Below the pieces are notes generated by a model. The model saw only the letters and a list, made by a program, of their open reading frames with translations. It was not told the origin of the DNA and did not search any database. This document shows positions 10,017 through 19,962 of a stretch of DNA of 64,000 bases, piece after piece. Position numbers and translations under genes: made by a program. The DNA comes from Candidatus Eiseniibacteriota bacterium. Its GTDB lineage: Bacteria; Eisenbacteria; RBG-16-71-46. Positions within the stretch are counted from its first letter, which is position 1; each line of letters starts with the position of its first letter. Location: assembly GCA_044223005.1 (NCBI GenBank), contig JBGAML010000005.1:64001-128000 (forward strand). Reading direction: 5' to 3'.

Positions 10017-11165
10017 GGGACGCCAGGCCACGCTGCGGACCGCGCGGCCCGCGGGCGTCACGAGCTTCACCCAGTACAGCCCGGGCGCGACGACTTCGCC
10101 ACGGTCGCCCCGGCCATTCCACTCGACGCGATGCCAGCCGGCGCGCTGGACGCCGGACACGAGCGTCGCGATCCGCGCCCCGGCGACGTCGAACACGCCG
10201 AGCCGCACGTCGCCGTCTGCCGGCAGCGCGAACTCGAGAGTCGTCCCGGTGCGCGCGGGATTGGGCGCAGGGGAGCGGAGCATCACGCCATCCGCCGACC
10301 CGAGTGGCCGCGCGTCCAGCAGCGGATAGGCGGGCGGCAGCAGGCTCGCGAGATGGGTCTCCGTGCAGTTGCTCGCGGGGCTCAGCTCGGCGTTGTCCGT
10401 CAGCGCGAGCAGTTGGACCGGCGACATCGACGAGTAGCCGAGCACGACGGCCATCTCGAGGCCGCCCCCGACACCGTGCTGGAACGACTGCGCTCCCGTC
10501 GCGCCGGTCATCGTGGCCGACACCGTGACGAGGCCGCCAACCGGCACGGCGAGCAGGTCGAGGGACTGTGGCACGCCTCCGGTCGCGAGGAGACCGGTCT
10601 CGGTGACCTGATGGCCGTCGAAGCAGTTCCAGCGCTCGGAGTAGTTGCCGTGCAACTGGGCCGAGGGCCCGCCGTTGGCGAGAAACGCCACGTCGAGGCC
10701 GGCGACGCTCGTGACACCATCGTTGATCAGGTTCGCGCACGTGAACCCGATGGAGTGATGCAGTGCCGCGCGCACGCAGAGCGACAGGTCGACCGGCGTT
10801 CCGGCCGGCAGCGTGGACGAGACGACGGAGTAGGTCTCCGAGAAGGCGGAGTTCCCCGACGCGTAGCTGTTCGCGATGCAGGGGAGCGACCCGGCGCCCG
10901 AGGCGTTCAGCGCCAGCGCGAGCCCGCCCGTCGAGACGCTGAGCCACGACTGCCCGGTTCCGGTCGAACAGCCCCCGACGGTTGAGACGGTTCCCGTGGT
11001 GCTTTCGGGGCCGGGAATCAGGACGTTGTTCGAGACACCACCGTTGGCCTGTGAGTTGGCGTTCCCGCTCCAGCTCAACGCTCGAACCGGTGCCGGAGTG
11101 AAGGACGCGAGTGCGGCCGCGAGCGCAACTGCGGACGCGATCGGATGGAGGGATCGTGAGCGCAT
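10014..11165 (-). CDS. Secreted Ser/Gly/Thr-rich protein with FlgD-Ig/T9SS-CTD-like domain
   Basis: Signal peptide ending VRA; PAPNPA..FALP..VFDVAGARI..WNGR..PGLYWVKL. Confidence 0.85.
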   Translation of the reverse strand: MRSRSLHPIASAVALAAALASFTPAPVRALSWSGNANSQANGGVSNNVLIPGPESTTGTVSTVGGCSTGTGQSWLSVSTGGLALALNASGAGSLPCIANSYASGNSAFSETYSVVSSTLPAGTPVDLSLCVRAALHHSIGFTCANLINDGVTSVAGLDVAFLANGGPSAQLHGNYSERWNCFDGHQVTETGLLATGGVPQSLDLLAVPVGGLVTVSATMTGATGAQSFQHGVGGGLEMAVVLGYSSMSPVQLLALTDNAELSPASNCTETHLASLLPPAYPLLDARPLGSADGVMLRSPAPNPARTGTTLEFALPADGDVRLGVFDVAGARIATLVSGVQRAGWHRVEWNGRGDRGEVVAPGLYWVKLVTPAGRAVRSVAWRP

Positions 11166-11421
11166 GGGACTCTCCGAAGGGGTGTTGGCCAAAGTCCGGC
11201 TCGAATCCTAGCCCGGGCGGAAGCGCCAGCGCCACGGTGGTTTCGTCGCCGTGAGCGCACGGGCGAGTTGTGGCAATGCGTCCTCCCACAGCGCGTTACG
11301 CCACGTCGTTCGCTTATCACCCGAAGCTTGTGATTCCTGGGCCGTGATCCGGTTCCAACGATTGCCGAGCCGCCTTACGTCGCTTCATCGGGCCAACCAT
11401 CCTGACCGCACGGGAGAATCC

Positions 11422-12441
11422 ATGTCCACAGCCCGCCGCATCGCCCTGCCGTTGCTCGCCCTGGCCCTCGCGGCGGCGCCCGCCGACGCCTCGCTCCGGG
11501 CCTATTGGAACTTCGATGGCTGTACCCTGACGGATGGTGTGGCGACCCGGAACCTCAGCATGCACGGCAGCCCCGCCTGCGTCACGGGCGTCCTCGGAAA
11601 TGCGTGGTCGCTCGACGGCATCTCCCAATACCTCGATCGCGCCAACGAAACGTACTTCGCGCCCGGCTCGGCCGCGTTCTCCGTCGCCGCCTGGGCGAAG
11701 CGCTCGAACCCCGCCGACACGACGGGCGCGATCGTCTCGTGGTACCGCTGCGGGGCCAACCCAAGCTGCGGCACCATCGACTCGGGACTGTGGGCGCTGT
11801 GGGACCTGTCGGGCCACGCCGCATGGGACCTGCGGGACGACGCGGTGACCGCGCTCACGCTCCGGGATTCGACCGTGAACATCGGCGACGGCCAGTGGCA
11901 CCTGTTGGTGGGCACGCTGAATGCCTCGCACACCCTGTCGGCTCTCTATGTGGACGGGACGCTTCGAAAGAGCAAGGCGATCGCGATGACGTCGATCAGT
12001 GGCTCGCCGCCGCTCGAGATCGGCCGCTGGTTCCGGACCGGGTGGGGCACGCCCGACTCCTACTATGCCGGCGCCATCGACGAGGTCCGCATCTACGACG
12101 AGGAGCTGACCCCCGCGGCCGTCGCCGCGCTCTACGCGGCGCGCGCCGGCGTCGCCCCGGGCACCTCTGGCGCGTCGCTCACGCTCGACCGCATCGCGCC
12201 CAACCCGGTCCGCGCGTCCAGCGTCCGCGTCGAGTTCTCGCTCGTCGCGGACGCCCCCGCGCAGGTGGAGCTGCTGGACCTGCTGGGCCGTCGCGTGGCG
12301 ACGGAGCGCGTCGCGAATCCGACGGCGGGCCGCCACACCGTGACCTTCGACGGCCACGGTGCGTTCCCGCCGGGCGTCTACCTCGTGCGCGTGAGCCAGG
12401 GCGCGGCGACGACGAGCCGGCGCGTCACGCTGCTCCGCTGA
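11422..12441 (+). CDS. Secreted LamG-like jellyroll protein with T9SS-CTD-like domain
   Basis: AYWNFD, DGQWHLLVGT, LYVDG, GAIDEVRIY; C-terminal APNP..PGVYLVRV..RRVTLLR. Confidence 0.9.
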   Translation: MSTARRIALPLLALALAAAPADASLRAYWNFDGCTLTDGVATRNLSMHGSPACVTGVLGNAWSLDGISQYLDRANETYFAPGSAAFSVAAWAKRSNPADTTGAIVSWYRCGANPSCGTIDSGLWALWDLSGHAAWDLRDDAVTALTLRDSTVNIGDGQWHLLVGTLNASHTLSALYVDGTLRKSKAIAMTSISGSPPLEIGRWFRTGWGTPDSYYAGAIDEVRIYDEELTPAAVAALYAARAGVAPGTSGASLTLDRIAPNPVRASSVRVEFSLVADAPAQVELLDLLGRRVATERVANPTAGRHTVTFDGHGAFPPGVYLVRVSQGAATTSRRVTLLR

Positions 12442-12474
12442 GTTCGCCGCGACGGGCGAGCCGGTGCCGCGCCG

Positions 12475-14208
12475 CTAGGGTGCGGGCACCGGTTCGCCGA
12501 GGAGCTTGGCGCGGATCAGCGCGACCGGGATCATCCCTTCGGCCAGCACGGCGTCGTTGAACGCACGCTCGCTGTAAGCCGCTCCCTGGCGGCGGCGCCA
12601 TTCCTCTCGCAGCGCCATCAGCTGCTCCTTGCCACAGAAGTAGGCGATCAGCTGCGCCGGCCAGTGGATCGAGCGCATGACGTCCTCGTCGACCACGGCC
12701 TTGCCCGGAGCGGTGTTGCGCTTCCAGTCCGCGCCCTGCTGGAGCGTCCAGTCGCCCCGCTCGATGTTCGCGTCGTAGATCACGCGGCGGATGCGGAAAC
12801 GCCACGAATCGAGCGTGCGGTAGGAAGTGATCGGCGAATCGCCGAGTCCGCCGGCGCGCCAGAACGCCTCCTCCGCGTACATTGCCCAGCCTTCGACGAG
12901 ATCGTTGTCCTGCAGCAGCCAGCGCAGCGGGTTCGGGTTCAGCCGGTTGATCGACAGCTGCAGGTGGTGCCCCGGGACGCCTTCGTGCACGGCGTAGGGC
13001 CCCATCCACGACGTGCGGAAGCCCTGCGTGGCGGCGATGCGCTGCGCTCTCTGCTCGAGCGTCCACGTGCTGTCCATGTGCTCGACGTTCCACCAGCCCA
13101 CGTTGGAGCTGCCGATCGGCGGCGGCGGGTTCATGCTGCCCCCGTCGCCGGTGAGCGGGATCATCGCCTGCGGCGTCGGCCGCGCGTGGATCGGCCCCAT
13201 GGACTTCGGCAGGGTGACGAGAGGGAAGGTGTCGAGGAATGCGCGCTCCGTCGCCGCCACGTCGTCGTAGAGCGCGAGGAGCTTGCGCTGGTCGAGCGCG
13301 GCCGCGAGCGCCCGCTGCGCCTCGGTCGGTGCCGGGGCCGCCGGAATCGGTGCGTCCGGGCTCACGCGCGCCTTGATCACCGCCTGAGCGGATTCGGTCG
13401 CCGCGAGCTCGGAGTACGCGAGCGCGAGCAGCTGATCGCCGTCCCACGGCAGCAGCAGCGCGCGGCGCAGGCGTTCCTCGTAGGCCGCGCGCCCGATCAC
13501 CCGGTACTCCGGCAATCCCGTGCGCGCCTGCAGATCGGCGATGTAGCCGGTGAGCGAGGCGATCGCGGCGTCGCGCGCGGCGCTCGCGGGCTGCTGGCGC
13601 AGCGAGGCCAGGATGCCGTCGGCGACGCCCTTCGCGGTCGCCACGTCCCGTACGGTCGGCTCGGTCGCCACGTGGCGCATCTCCGCCACCATCGCCGGGA
13701 TCCGCGTCGCGAGGCGCGGCGGCAGGTCGGTGCGGGCAGGGCCGTAGGTGTAGAGATTGATGAACGTGTTCGCGAGAGGTTCGAGCCAGGCCGCCGGACG
13801 GTGCACCCAGAGCCGCTCCGAACCGAGTTGCAGCTTGGCGTCCTCGAGGCTCACCACCATCCAGCGCCAATCGACCTGGCGGTCCACGTCCCACGATCGC
13901 CACGGCATCGCCCGCAGCCGGGCGAGGTCGCGATCCACGCGGGCGAGCCGGGCCGCCACGGTGTCGGGTGCGAACGACGGCACTCGACACGCGTCGTCGA
14001 AGAGTCCGTCCTGCGCCGCGATGCTGGGATCCATCGCGAATCGCAGCGCGACGACGTCGCGCGCGACGGTCACGAACTCCGGTGTGCCCGGAAGCTGGAG
14101 CATGGCGAGCGTGACGGGCCGGGAGGGAGCCGAATCGGCAACACGAACCAGAGCGAGCACGGCGGCCAGCGCGAGCGCGGCGCGGAGCGATACCCAGCGT
14201 CGATTCAT
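12475..14208 (-). CDS. DUF885 family secreted protein (putative metallopeptidase)
   Basis: HEGVPGHHLQ, EGWAMYAEE, WPAQLIAY; signal peptide. Confidence 0.88.
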   Translation of the reverse strand: MNRRWVSLRAALALAAVLALVRVADSAPSRPVTLAMLQLPGTPEFVTVARDVVALRFAMDPSIAAQDGLFDDACRVPSFAPDTVAARLARVDRDLARLRAMPWRSWDVDRQVDWRWMVVSLEDAKLQLGSERLWVHRPAAWLEPLANTFINLYTYGPARTDLPPRLATRIPAMVAEMRHVATEPTVRDVATAKGVADGILASLRQQPASAARDAAIASLTGYIADLQARTGLPEYRVIGRAAYEERLRRALLLPWDGDQLLALAYSELAATESAQAVIKARVSPDAPIPAAPAPTEAQRALAAALDQRKLLALYDDVAATERAFLDTFPLVTLPKSMGPIHARPTPQAMIPLTGDGGSMNPPPPIGSSNVGWWNVEHMDSTWTLEQRAQRIAATQGFRTSWMGPYAVHEGVPGHHLQLSINRLNPNPLRWLLQDNDLVEGWAMYAEEAFWRAGGLGDSPITSYRTLDSWRFRIRRVIYDANIERGDWTLQQGADWKRNTAPGKAVVDEDVMRSIHWPAQLIAYFCGKEQLMALREEWRRRQGAAYSERAFNDAVLAEGMIPVALIRAKLLGEPVPAP

Positions 14209-14407
14209 GCGTTGCACTCTAGCGCCCGCGTCAAGGGTGCGGCGACGCGAACCGACGGGCGGCGTCGGCCGGCGCACGAATGGGGAAGCGCGCCGGCACC
14301 GATTCCCCGCTGACGCGGCGAACCGCGTCCGCTATATTGCCGCCCCTCTCCATCCCGGCCGGCTCCGCCCGGCCTCGAGTTCCCCACCCCTCAGGAGGCA
14401 TCCCCAC

Positions 14408-15991
14408 ATGCGCCTGCACCGCTTCGCCGTGGCGTTCGCCACGCTCGCCGTCACCGCCACGCTCGCCCACGCGGGCGACCCCGCCTGGTCGGTCAAGCTC
14501 GGCGAGATCCAGTTCCAGAAGGTGTCCTCACTCGGCTCGCTGATCGTCAGCCACTCCAAGGGACTCACCGCGCTCGATCCCGCGACCGGCAAGGTGATCT
14601 GGGAGCGGCCCGACCTCGTGAAGTTCAAGGAGTGCAACTTCGACGAGATCGAGAACACGCCCTACGCGCTGCTCGACGGCAAGCAGTTCGAGGTGATCGA
14701 CCTCGAGACCGGCAAGCCCAAGTGGGACTCCTCGAAGCTCCCGTTCCGGAACTCGCAGGGCCAGTTCCAAGTGGCGCACAAGCGCCTGCTCGTCGTGTTC
14801 GGGACGGTGAAGGCCGGCCAGAAGCCCACGCTCGTCGCGGTCGACACCGAGACCGGGCAGATCAAGTGGCAGCAGGACAAGTTGTTCGACAAGTACCTGC
14901 TGCTCCACGAAGTGAAGGGGAGCGGCAAGGTCTTCAAGCGCATGTCGGTCGCGGCCAACCAGCCGCCGGCGTTCCCGGACGAGAACAGCATGGTGCTGTG
15001 GGTCACCGAGGACGGCCCCGTCTGCATCGACCTCGAGACCGGGGCGAAGAAGTGGACGTGCGCCGGCCTCAAGGGCAAGACGCCGGCCGCGCTCGCGTAC
15101 GGGTTCTGCCCGATGTTCGCGAAGGACGGCGTGATCTACATCCCGTACGAGAAGAGCCTGCAGGCGATCGACGCCGCGACCGGGGCGCTCCTCTGGGCGA
15201 AGGAGAAGGACTTCCGCGGCCGCCCGGTGCAGATTGCGATGGCCTCCGCGGGCGTCGTCGTGCGTGGCGCTCCGTTCGTGAAGGAAGACGGCAAGCCGGC
15301 CGGCAAGCCGTTCATCGATTGCCTGAACCCGAAGACGGGCGAGTCCGTGTGGCCGAAGCCCTTCAAGGATCTCGAGGACGCCACCTCGTTCGACATGAAG
15401 GGTGACCACCTCTACATCTGCGCCGACGGCGAGATGCACCAGGTCGCGCTCACCAACGGCACGGACCAGATCCTCGCGCGCTTCAAGTTCAAGGAGCACG
15501 AGGTGCCGAGCGATCTCGAACTGCTCGAGGACGGCAGCATGCTGCTCACTTCGAGCCAGACGATCCTGCGCCTCGATGCGAGCGGCAAGGAAACCGCGCG
15601 GGCGTACTTCGAGGCACCGAGCACGAGCGGCTGGGCCAAGCTCGGGGCAGGCCTGCTCACCGCCGCGGTGAACGCGGCCGCGGCGGGGTCGGCGTACGAT
15701 CGTGCGCAGCGCACGGGAATGGACCAGACCTACTACCTCTCGTCGAACCCGCTCCTCGGGAAGCGCTTCCGCGCCTCGACCCAGTCCGCCACGTCGCTTT
15801 ACGTGCTCACGATGGTGCCCGGCAGCGACGGTCACAAGGTCTCGGGCATCGCGCGCGTCGAGCGGCTGACCGGCAAGGTGCTCTCGACCGCCGCGCTCAA
15901 CGAGAAGACGCCCGTGTACGAAGTCGACGAGGTGGAGAACATGCTCTACTTCATCGAGAACGACGACATCGTCGAGGCGTACCGGATGTAG
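14408..15991 (+). CDS. Secreted PQQ-like beta-propeller repeat protein
   Basis: Repeated (A/V)(L/I/V)DxxTGxxxW blades; AGGAGG SD; signal peptide ending AHA. Confidence 0.87.
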   Translation: MRLHRFAVAFATLAVTATLAHAGDPAWSVKLGEIQFQKVSSLGSLIVSHSKGLTALDPATGKVIWERPDLVKFKECNFDEIENTPYALLDGKQFEVIDLETGKPKWDSSKLPFRNSQGQFQVAHKRLLVVFGTVKAGQKPTLVAVDTETGQIKWQQDKLFDKYLLLHEVKGSGKVFKRMSVAANQPPAFPDENSMVLWVTEDGPVCIDLETGAKKWTCAGLKGKTPAALAYGFCPMFAKDGVIYIPYEKSLQAIDAATGALLWAKEKDFRGRPVQIAMASAGVVVRGAPFVKEDGKPAGKPFIDCLNPKTGESVWPKPFKDLEDATSFDMKGDHLYICADGEMHQVALTNGTDQILARFKFKEHEVPSDLELLEDGSMLLTSSQTILRLDASGKETARAYFEAPSTSGWAKLGAGLLTAAVNAAAAGSAYDRAQRTGMDQTYYLSSNPLLGKRFRASTQSATSLYVLTMVPGSDGHKVSGIARVERLTGKVLSTAALNEKTPVYEVDEVENMLYFIENDDIVEAYRM

Positions 15992-16012
15992 GCTCGGTGG
16001 CGACCGCGACGA

Positions 16013-16047
16013 ACGGCCCCGCCACGAACGATTCGTGGCGGGGCCGT
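16013..16047. terminator. Hairpin between convergent genes
   Basis: 16-bp stem ACGGCCCCGCCACGAA-CGA-TTCGTGGCGGGGCCGT. Confidence 0.65.
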
Positions 16048-16308
16048 CGCGCTCCGTGGCCGTGAGTGAGGACGCGGGGCAGTGCGGCGGCACGAATCGC
16101 CACGTGAGCGCTTGCCGACGGGCTGAGGGGACATCCACGCACTCACGTGGGCGCAGCGAGAGCATGCGTTCCGAGCATGGAGCACAGAACAGGGTGCACG
16201 AGCAGACGGGGGAGAAGGCCATGCGAATACTCTGGCCGGTGCGCGAATGCTGCCCGGCTTCACGGTGAGGAACCGTTTCGTCCGGCGGACCTGCCGTACC
16301 GAACGCCA

Positions 16309-17871
16309 CTAAGGCCCGCGCATCGCCTTCGATCTCATCGCGTCGATCGCCTCCACGTCGACCGAGAGCACCTCGTCGTGGGTGGCCGTGTGACGCGTGA
16401 AGAAGAACTGGCGGCCGTCGGGCGACAGCATGGCGCCGTACTCGTCGTCGGGAGTGTTGAAGCCGGGCCCGAGGTGGACCGGCGCACCCCAGCCGCCGCG
16501 GCCGTCGGCGAAACTCACGTAGAGATCGACGCCGCCCACGCTGCCGGCACGTGCCGAATGGAACACGAGCCAGCGGCCGTCCGGAGCGATGCACGGGTCC
16601 CCATCGTAGGTCTGCTGGTTGATCGGCGGCCCGAGCGGCTCGATTCGCCAGTTGCCATCGGCGCCGGGTGTCGCACGGCAGATCTTCGGCATGCCCTCGA
16701 GCTGCAGACCGAAGTACCACGTCCCGTCGTTCGAGCGGCTGCCGCGATACGCGTCGCCTTCACTCGTGATCGGCCCCGGCACCGGCACCGGAGCTCCCCA
16801 GCCGGTCCGCGTGCGAGTCACCGCATACAAGCGGCGGTATTCGCCGGCGCGTTGGGCCGTGAAGTAGAGCGATCTCCCGTCCGGCGCGTAGTGCGCTTCC
16901 AGGGTGGTGACGAATCCGTCCATGCACGCCGGCGGAGAGAACGCGCTCCACGTGCCGGCTTCGCAGGTGGCGTGCACGATACGGCTGCCGCCGTAGGTCG
17001 CACCGCCGATGCTCGCGAAGCACTCCTTCCCGTCCGGAGAGAAGGCGACGGCAAAGCACCACGGGTTGATCGCCGCCAGTACCGCCGGCGCGAACCGGAC
17101 CGGCGCGAGCCCCGGCCGGGGCTGGCCGAACCACGCGCCTCGAACGGGTATTCGTGGCCGGCCGATCGGCGGGTCGAACGGCTTCGTGTCGCGCGCATGC
17201 GCCGCGATCGTCGCATCGAGTCCCGCGAGGATGTCCGGGCGCACGGAGTTCACCAGTTCGTCCTGCACCGCGAGGGCGATGACGGCCTCGGCGGCCTCGG
17301 CCGGCAGCCTGCCCTCCTGCAGGAGCGGATCGAGCGCCGACCGCGCGGTACCCACCGCCGTGTCCGGTACGGCGCCAGCCATCTGGCCCCGCATCGCCTT
17401 GAGGGTGAAGTCCACCTGCTCGTACTCGAGCGCCTCGAGCCTGCGGGCGAGTCGCTCGCGATACGTGCCGTGCAGGTCCGCACCCGGCGCGAGGCGTGCT
17501 TCGAGGTAGGGCTCCGTGAAGAGGCCGGCGAGCGAGCGCGCCGACGCCGCGTCCAGCGTCGCCCGTACACAGGCCAGGGCGCGAGCCGCCGCGCTGGTGT
17601 CGCGTTCGATCACGGCGCACTGGAAGAGCGTCGTGCAACGTTTCCGGGTGGTGGCGGCGTCGGCCGCCCTCCCCGCGCGAGCATCGGACTCGAGATCGGT
17701 GCGCACTTGCCCCACGAGAGCGAGGAGTGCGTCGTGCCGGCGAAGCAGTTCGCTCGGGCGGCAGGCGACGGGGTAGGAGCGTGGGGCGGGCGCGGACGCA
17801 GTCGCGCGCGCGGTCGGCGAGCCGGCGAGCGACAAGGCGACCGAGAAGACGATCCATGACGGGCGGCGCAT
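16309..17871 (-). CDS. Secreted protein: helical N-domain plus PD40/TolB-like repeats
   Basis: FSPDGK, YAPDGRSLYF, IAPDGRWLVF, LSPDGRQFFF repeats; signal-peptide-like N-terminus. Confidence 0.8.
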   Translation of the reverse strand: MRRPSWIVFSVALSLAGSPTARATASAPAPRSYPVACRPSELLRRHDALLALVGQVRTDLESDARAGRAADAATTRKRCTTLFQCAVIERDTSAAARALACVRATLDAASARSLAGLFTEPYLEARLAPGADLHGTYRERLARRLEALEYEQVDFTLKAMRGQMAGAVPDTAVGTARSALDPLLQEGRLPAEAAEAVIALAVQDELVNSVRPDILAGLDATIAAHARDTKPFDPPIGRPRIPVRGAWFGQPRPGLAPVRFAPAVLAAINPWCFAVAFSPDGKECFASIGGATYGGSRIVHATCEAGTWSAFSPPACMDGFVTTLEAHYAPDGRSLYFTAQRAGEYRRLYAVTRTRTGWGAPVPVPGPITSEGDAYRGSRSNDGTWYFGLQLEGMPKICRATPGADGNWRIEPLGPPINQQTYDGDPCIAPDGRWLVFHSARAGSVGGVDLYVSFADGRGGWGAPVHLGPGFNTPDDEYGAMLSPDGRQFFFTRHTATHDEVLSVDVEAIDAMRSKAMRGP

Positions 17872-18074
17872 GGTGATCCTCGCAGGACAAGTCCCGGTCG
17901 GGGCGTGGGCGAAACTGCGCCTCGCCACGCGAACCGGCGACGACTGCCGTACCAACGCGGAGCTACGGGAACGACTGCGCCCGTTCGGCGCACGAAGGAC
18001 AGCGCCACTCCGGAGTCTGCGCCGGCTTCCGGGGGTGCGGGCCGCTGACCGGTTCGTACCGGTTTACATGTGCC

Positions 18075-18103
18075 TTGACAGGCATATGCGCCTATGCGAA
18101 TGT
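18075..18103 (+). promoter_or_regulatory. Sigma70-type promoter, probably leaderless
   Basis: TTGACA-17 nt-GAATGT, then 6 nt to ATG 18110; no SD. Confidence 0.55.
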
Positions 18104-18109
18104 ACGAGC

Positions 18110-18469
18110 ATGGAATCGACGTTCACGATCGTCGCCGAGCCCAACCGCCGTGCCATCCTCGACCTGCTCGCATCCTCCGAGCGCACGGTGGGAGAGCTCG
18201 AGCGGCGGCTGCAGCTCTCGCAGACCGCCGTGTCCAAGCACCTCCGCGTCCTGCGTGAGGCGGGCCTCGTCGAAGCGCGCGTGGACGCCCAGCGCCGCAT
18301 CTACCGCCTGCGACACGAGCCGCTCCGCGAACTGGACGCGTGGCTCGCGCCGTACCGGAAGTTATGGTCCGCTCACGTGGACGCGCTCGAGCGGCACCTC
18401 GATCGCGTGGAGTCATCGCCACACCGTACTCGCGTCCCCGCGACGCGTCCCCGAAGGAAGACCCGATGA
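18110..18469 (+). CDS. ArsR/SmtB family regulator
   Basis: AEPNRRAILDLL..SQTAVSKHLRVLREAGLV..QRRIYRL. Confidence 0.92.
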   Translation: MESTFTIVAEPNRRAILDLLASSERTVGELERRLQLSQTAVSKHLRVLREAGLVEARVDAQRRIYRLRHEPLRELDAWLAPYRKLWSAHVDALERHLDRVESSPHRTRVPATRPRRKTR

Positions 18470-18996
18470 GCGCTCACGATTCGTACGTCCCGGGCCCCGC
18501 CACCGGCGCTCGCATCCACAAGGACGGCGACGACTGGACGCTCGTGCTGGTGCGCGAGCTTCGTCACGCGCCCGAGAAGGTCTGGGTGGCGCTGACCGAA
18601 CCCGAGCACCTGCGCGAGTGGGCGCCCTTCGACGCCGATCGCAGCCTCGGAGCCGTCGGCCCCGTCTCGCTCGCGACGGCCGGAACGCCCCAGGTCGCCG
18701 AGTGTGCCGTCACGCACGCCGAACCTCCGCGCCTGCTCGAGTTCACCTGGGGCGGAAACCGGCTGCGCTGGGAGCTCGTGCGCCTCGACTCCGGGACGCG
18801 CCTCACGCTCTGGCACCACATCGATCGCCGCTACATCGCCTGGGGCGCCGCCGGCTGGCACATCTGCCTCGACGTGCTCGACCGCTGGCTGGCCGGCGAT
18901 CCGCTCGGCCGCATGGCCGGGCCCGGGGTAGCGCAGTTCGACGGATGGCAGCGGCTCGTCGGGGAATACGGCCGCCAGTTCGAAGCCGAGGCCTGA
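18466..18996 (+). CDS. SRPBCC (AHSA1-like) family protein
   Basis: RELRHAPEKVWVALTEPEHLREWAP..AAGWHICLD; ATGA overlap with the regulator gene. Confidence 0.88.
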   Translation: MSAHDSYVPGPATGARIHKDGDDWTLVLVRELRHAPEKVWVALTEPEHLREWAPFDADRSLGAVGPVSLATAGTPQVAECAVTHAEPPRLLEFTWGGNRLRWELVRLDSGTRLTLWHHIDRRYIAWGAAGWHICLDVLDRWLAGDPLGRMAGPGVAQFDGWQRLVGEYGRQFEAEA

Positions 18997-19045
18997 GCAC
19001 GGTCTGGCCGCTCGTCGTCCATTCACCCTCGGAGGTCCCATCGCC

Positions 19046-19411
19046 ATGAACGTCTTCCTCTGGGTCCTGCAGGGCCTGCTGGCGTTCCACACGCTGGCAG
19101 GTGCGCTGTGGAAGTTCTCGCATTCGCCGGAGCAGACGATGCCGTCGCTCGCGCCCATTCCGCCGGCGGCATGGCTCGTCATGAGCATCGTCGAGATCCT
19201 CTGCGCACTCGCACTCGTGCTCCCCGCGGTCCAGAAGCGGCTCGCGGGCATGATCCCGATCGCCGCGCTCGTCATCGCGGCCGAGATGCTGCTCTACTCC
19301 GGGCTGCACCTGTCGTCCGGACATCGCGACATCGGTCCGGTCGTGTACTGGCTCGTGGTCGCCGCGTTCTGCGGCTTCGTCGCCGTGGCCCGGCGCCGCG
19401 TCCGGACCTGA
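19046..19411 (+). CDS. DoxX-like membrane protein
   Basis: LWVLQGLLA start; four hydrophobic segments. Confidence 0.75.
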   Translation: MNVFLWVLQGLLAFHTLAGALWKFSHSPEQTMPSLAPIPPAAWLVMSIVEILCALALVLPAVQKRLAGMIPIAALVIAAEMLLYSGLHLSSGHRDIGPVVYWLVVAAFCGFVAVARRRVRT

Positions 19412-19438
19412 CGCGGCACGACGGAGAGGGGGCGTCGC

Positions 19439-19834
19439 ATGATCAAGAAGAGCGCTGTTCCGAAGGGATCGACACCCGCGAAGATGATCGACGCCCGGAT
19501 CGCCGAGTTGGGCGACTGGCGGGGAGAAGTGCTGGCGAAGCTGCGGCAGCTGATCCACGAAGCCGACCCGGGCGTGGTCGAGGAGTGGAAGTGGAACGTG
19601 CCCGTCTGGTCGCACGACGGGATCCTGTGCACGGGCGAGACCTACAAGCGCGCGGTGAAACTCACGTTCGCCCGTGGCGCCTCGCTGGAGGACCCGAAGC
19701 GGCTCTTCACGTCGAGCCTCGAGGGCAAGGTCCGCCGCGCGATGGACGTGACCGAGGGCGCGAAGATCGACGCGCCGGCGTTCAAGAAGCTGGTCCGCGC
19801 GGCGGTGGCGGCGAATCTCGCCGCGAGGGGCTGA
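19439..19834 (+). CDS. DUF1801 domain protein
   Basis: LGDWRGEVL..EEWKW.VPVW..VKLTF..GASLEDP. Confidence 0.88.
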   Translation: MIKKSAVPKGSTPAKMIDARIAELGDWRGEVLAKLRQLIHEADPGVVEEWKWNVPVWSHDGILCTGETYKRAVKLTFARGASLEDPKRLFTSSLEGKVRRAMDVTEGAKIDAPAFKKLVRAAVAANLAARG

Positions 19835-19962
19835 GGCCGCCGCTCGTGCGAAGGGGCGATCGGCACGGCGCGTAACCTTTTCGGTACATTGACCGTACTC
19901 GATGTGCGCGCCGCCCCGGGGCCCCGGGGCCGGCGGTCACTCGCGTACGGAGGCTTCGGACG

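Noticed and set aside
16221..16268. Small ORF MRILWPVRECCPASR with an SD-like GGAGAAGG
   Set aside because: Only 15 codons, downstream of a terminator-like hairpin, with no recognisable homology.
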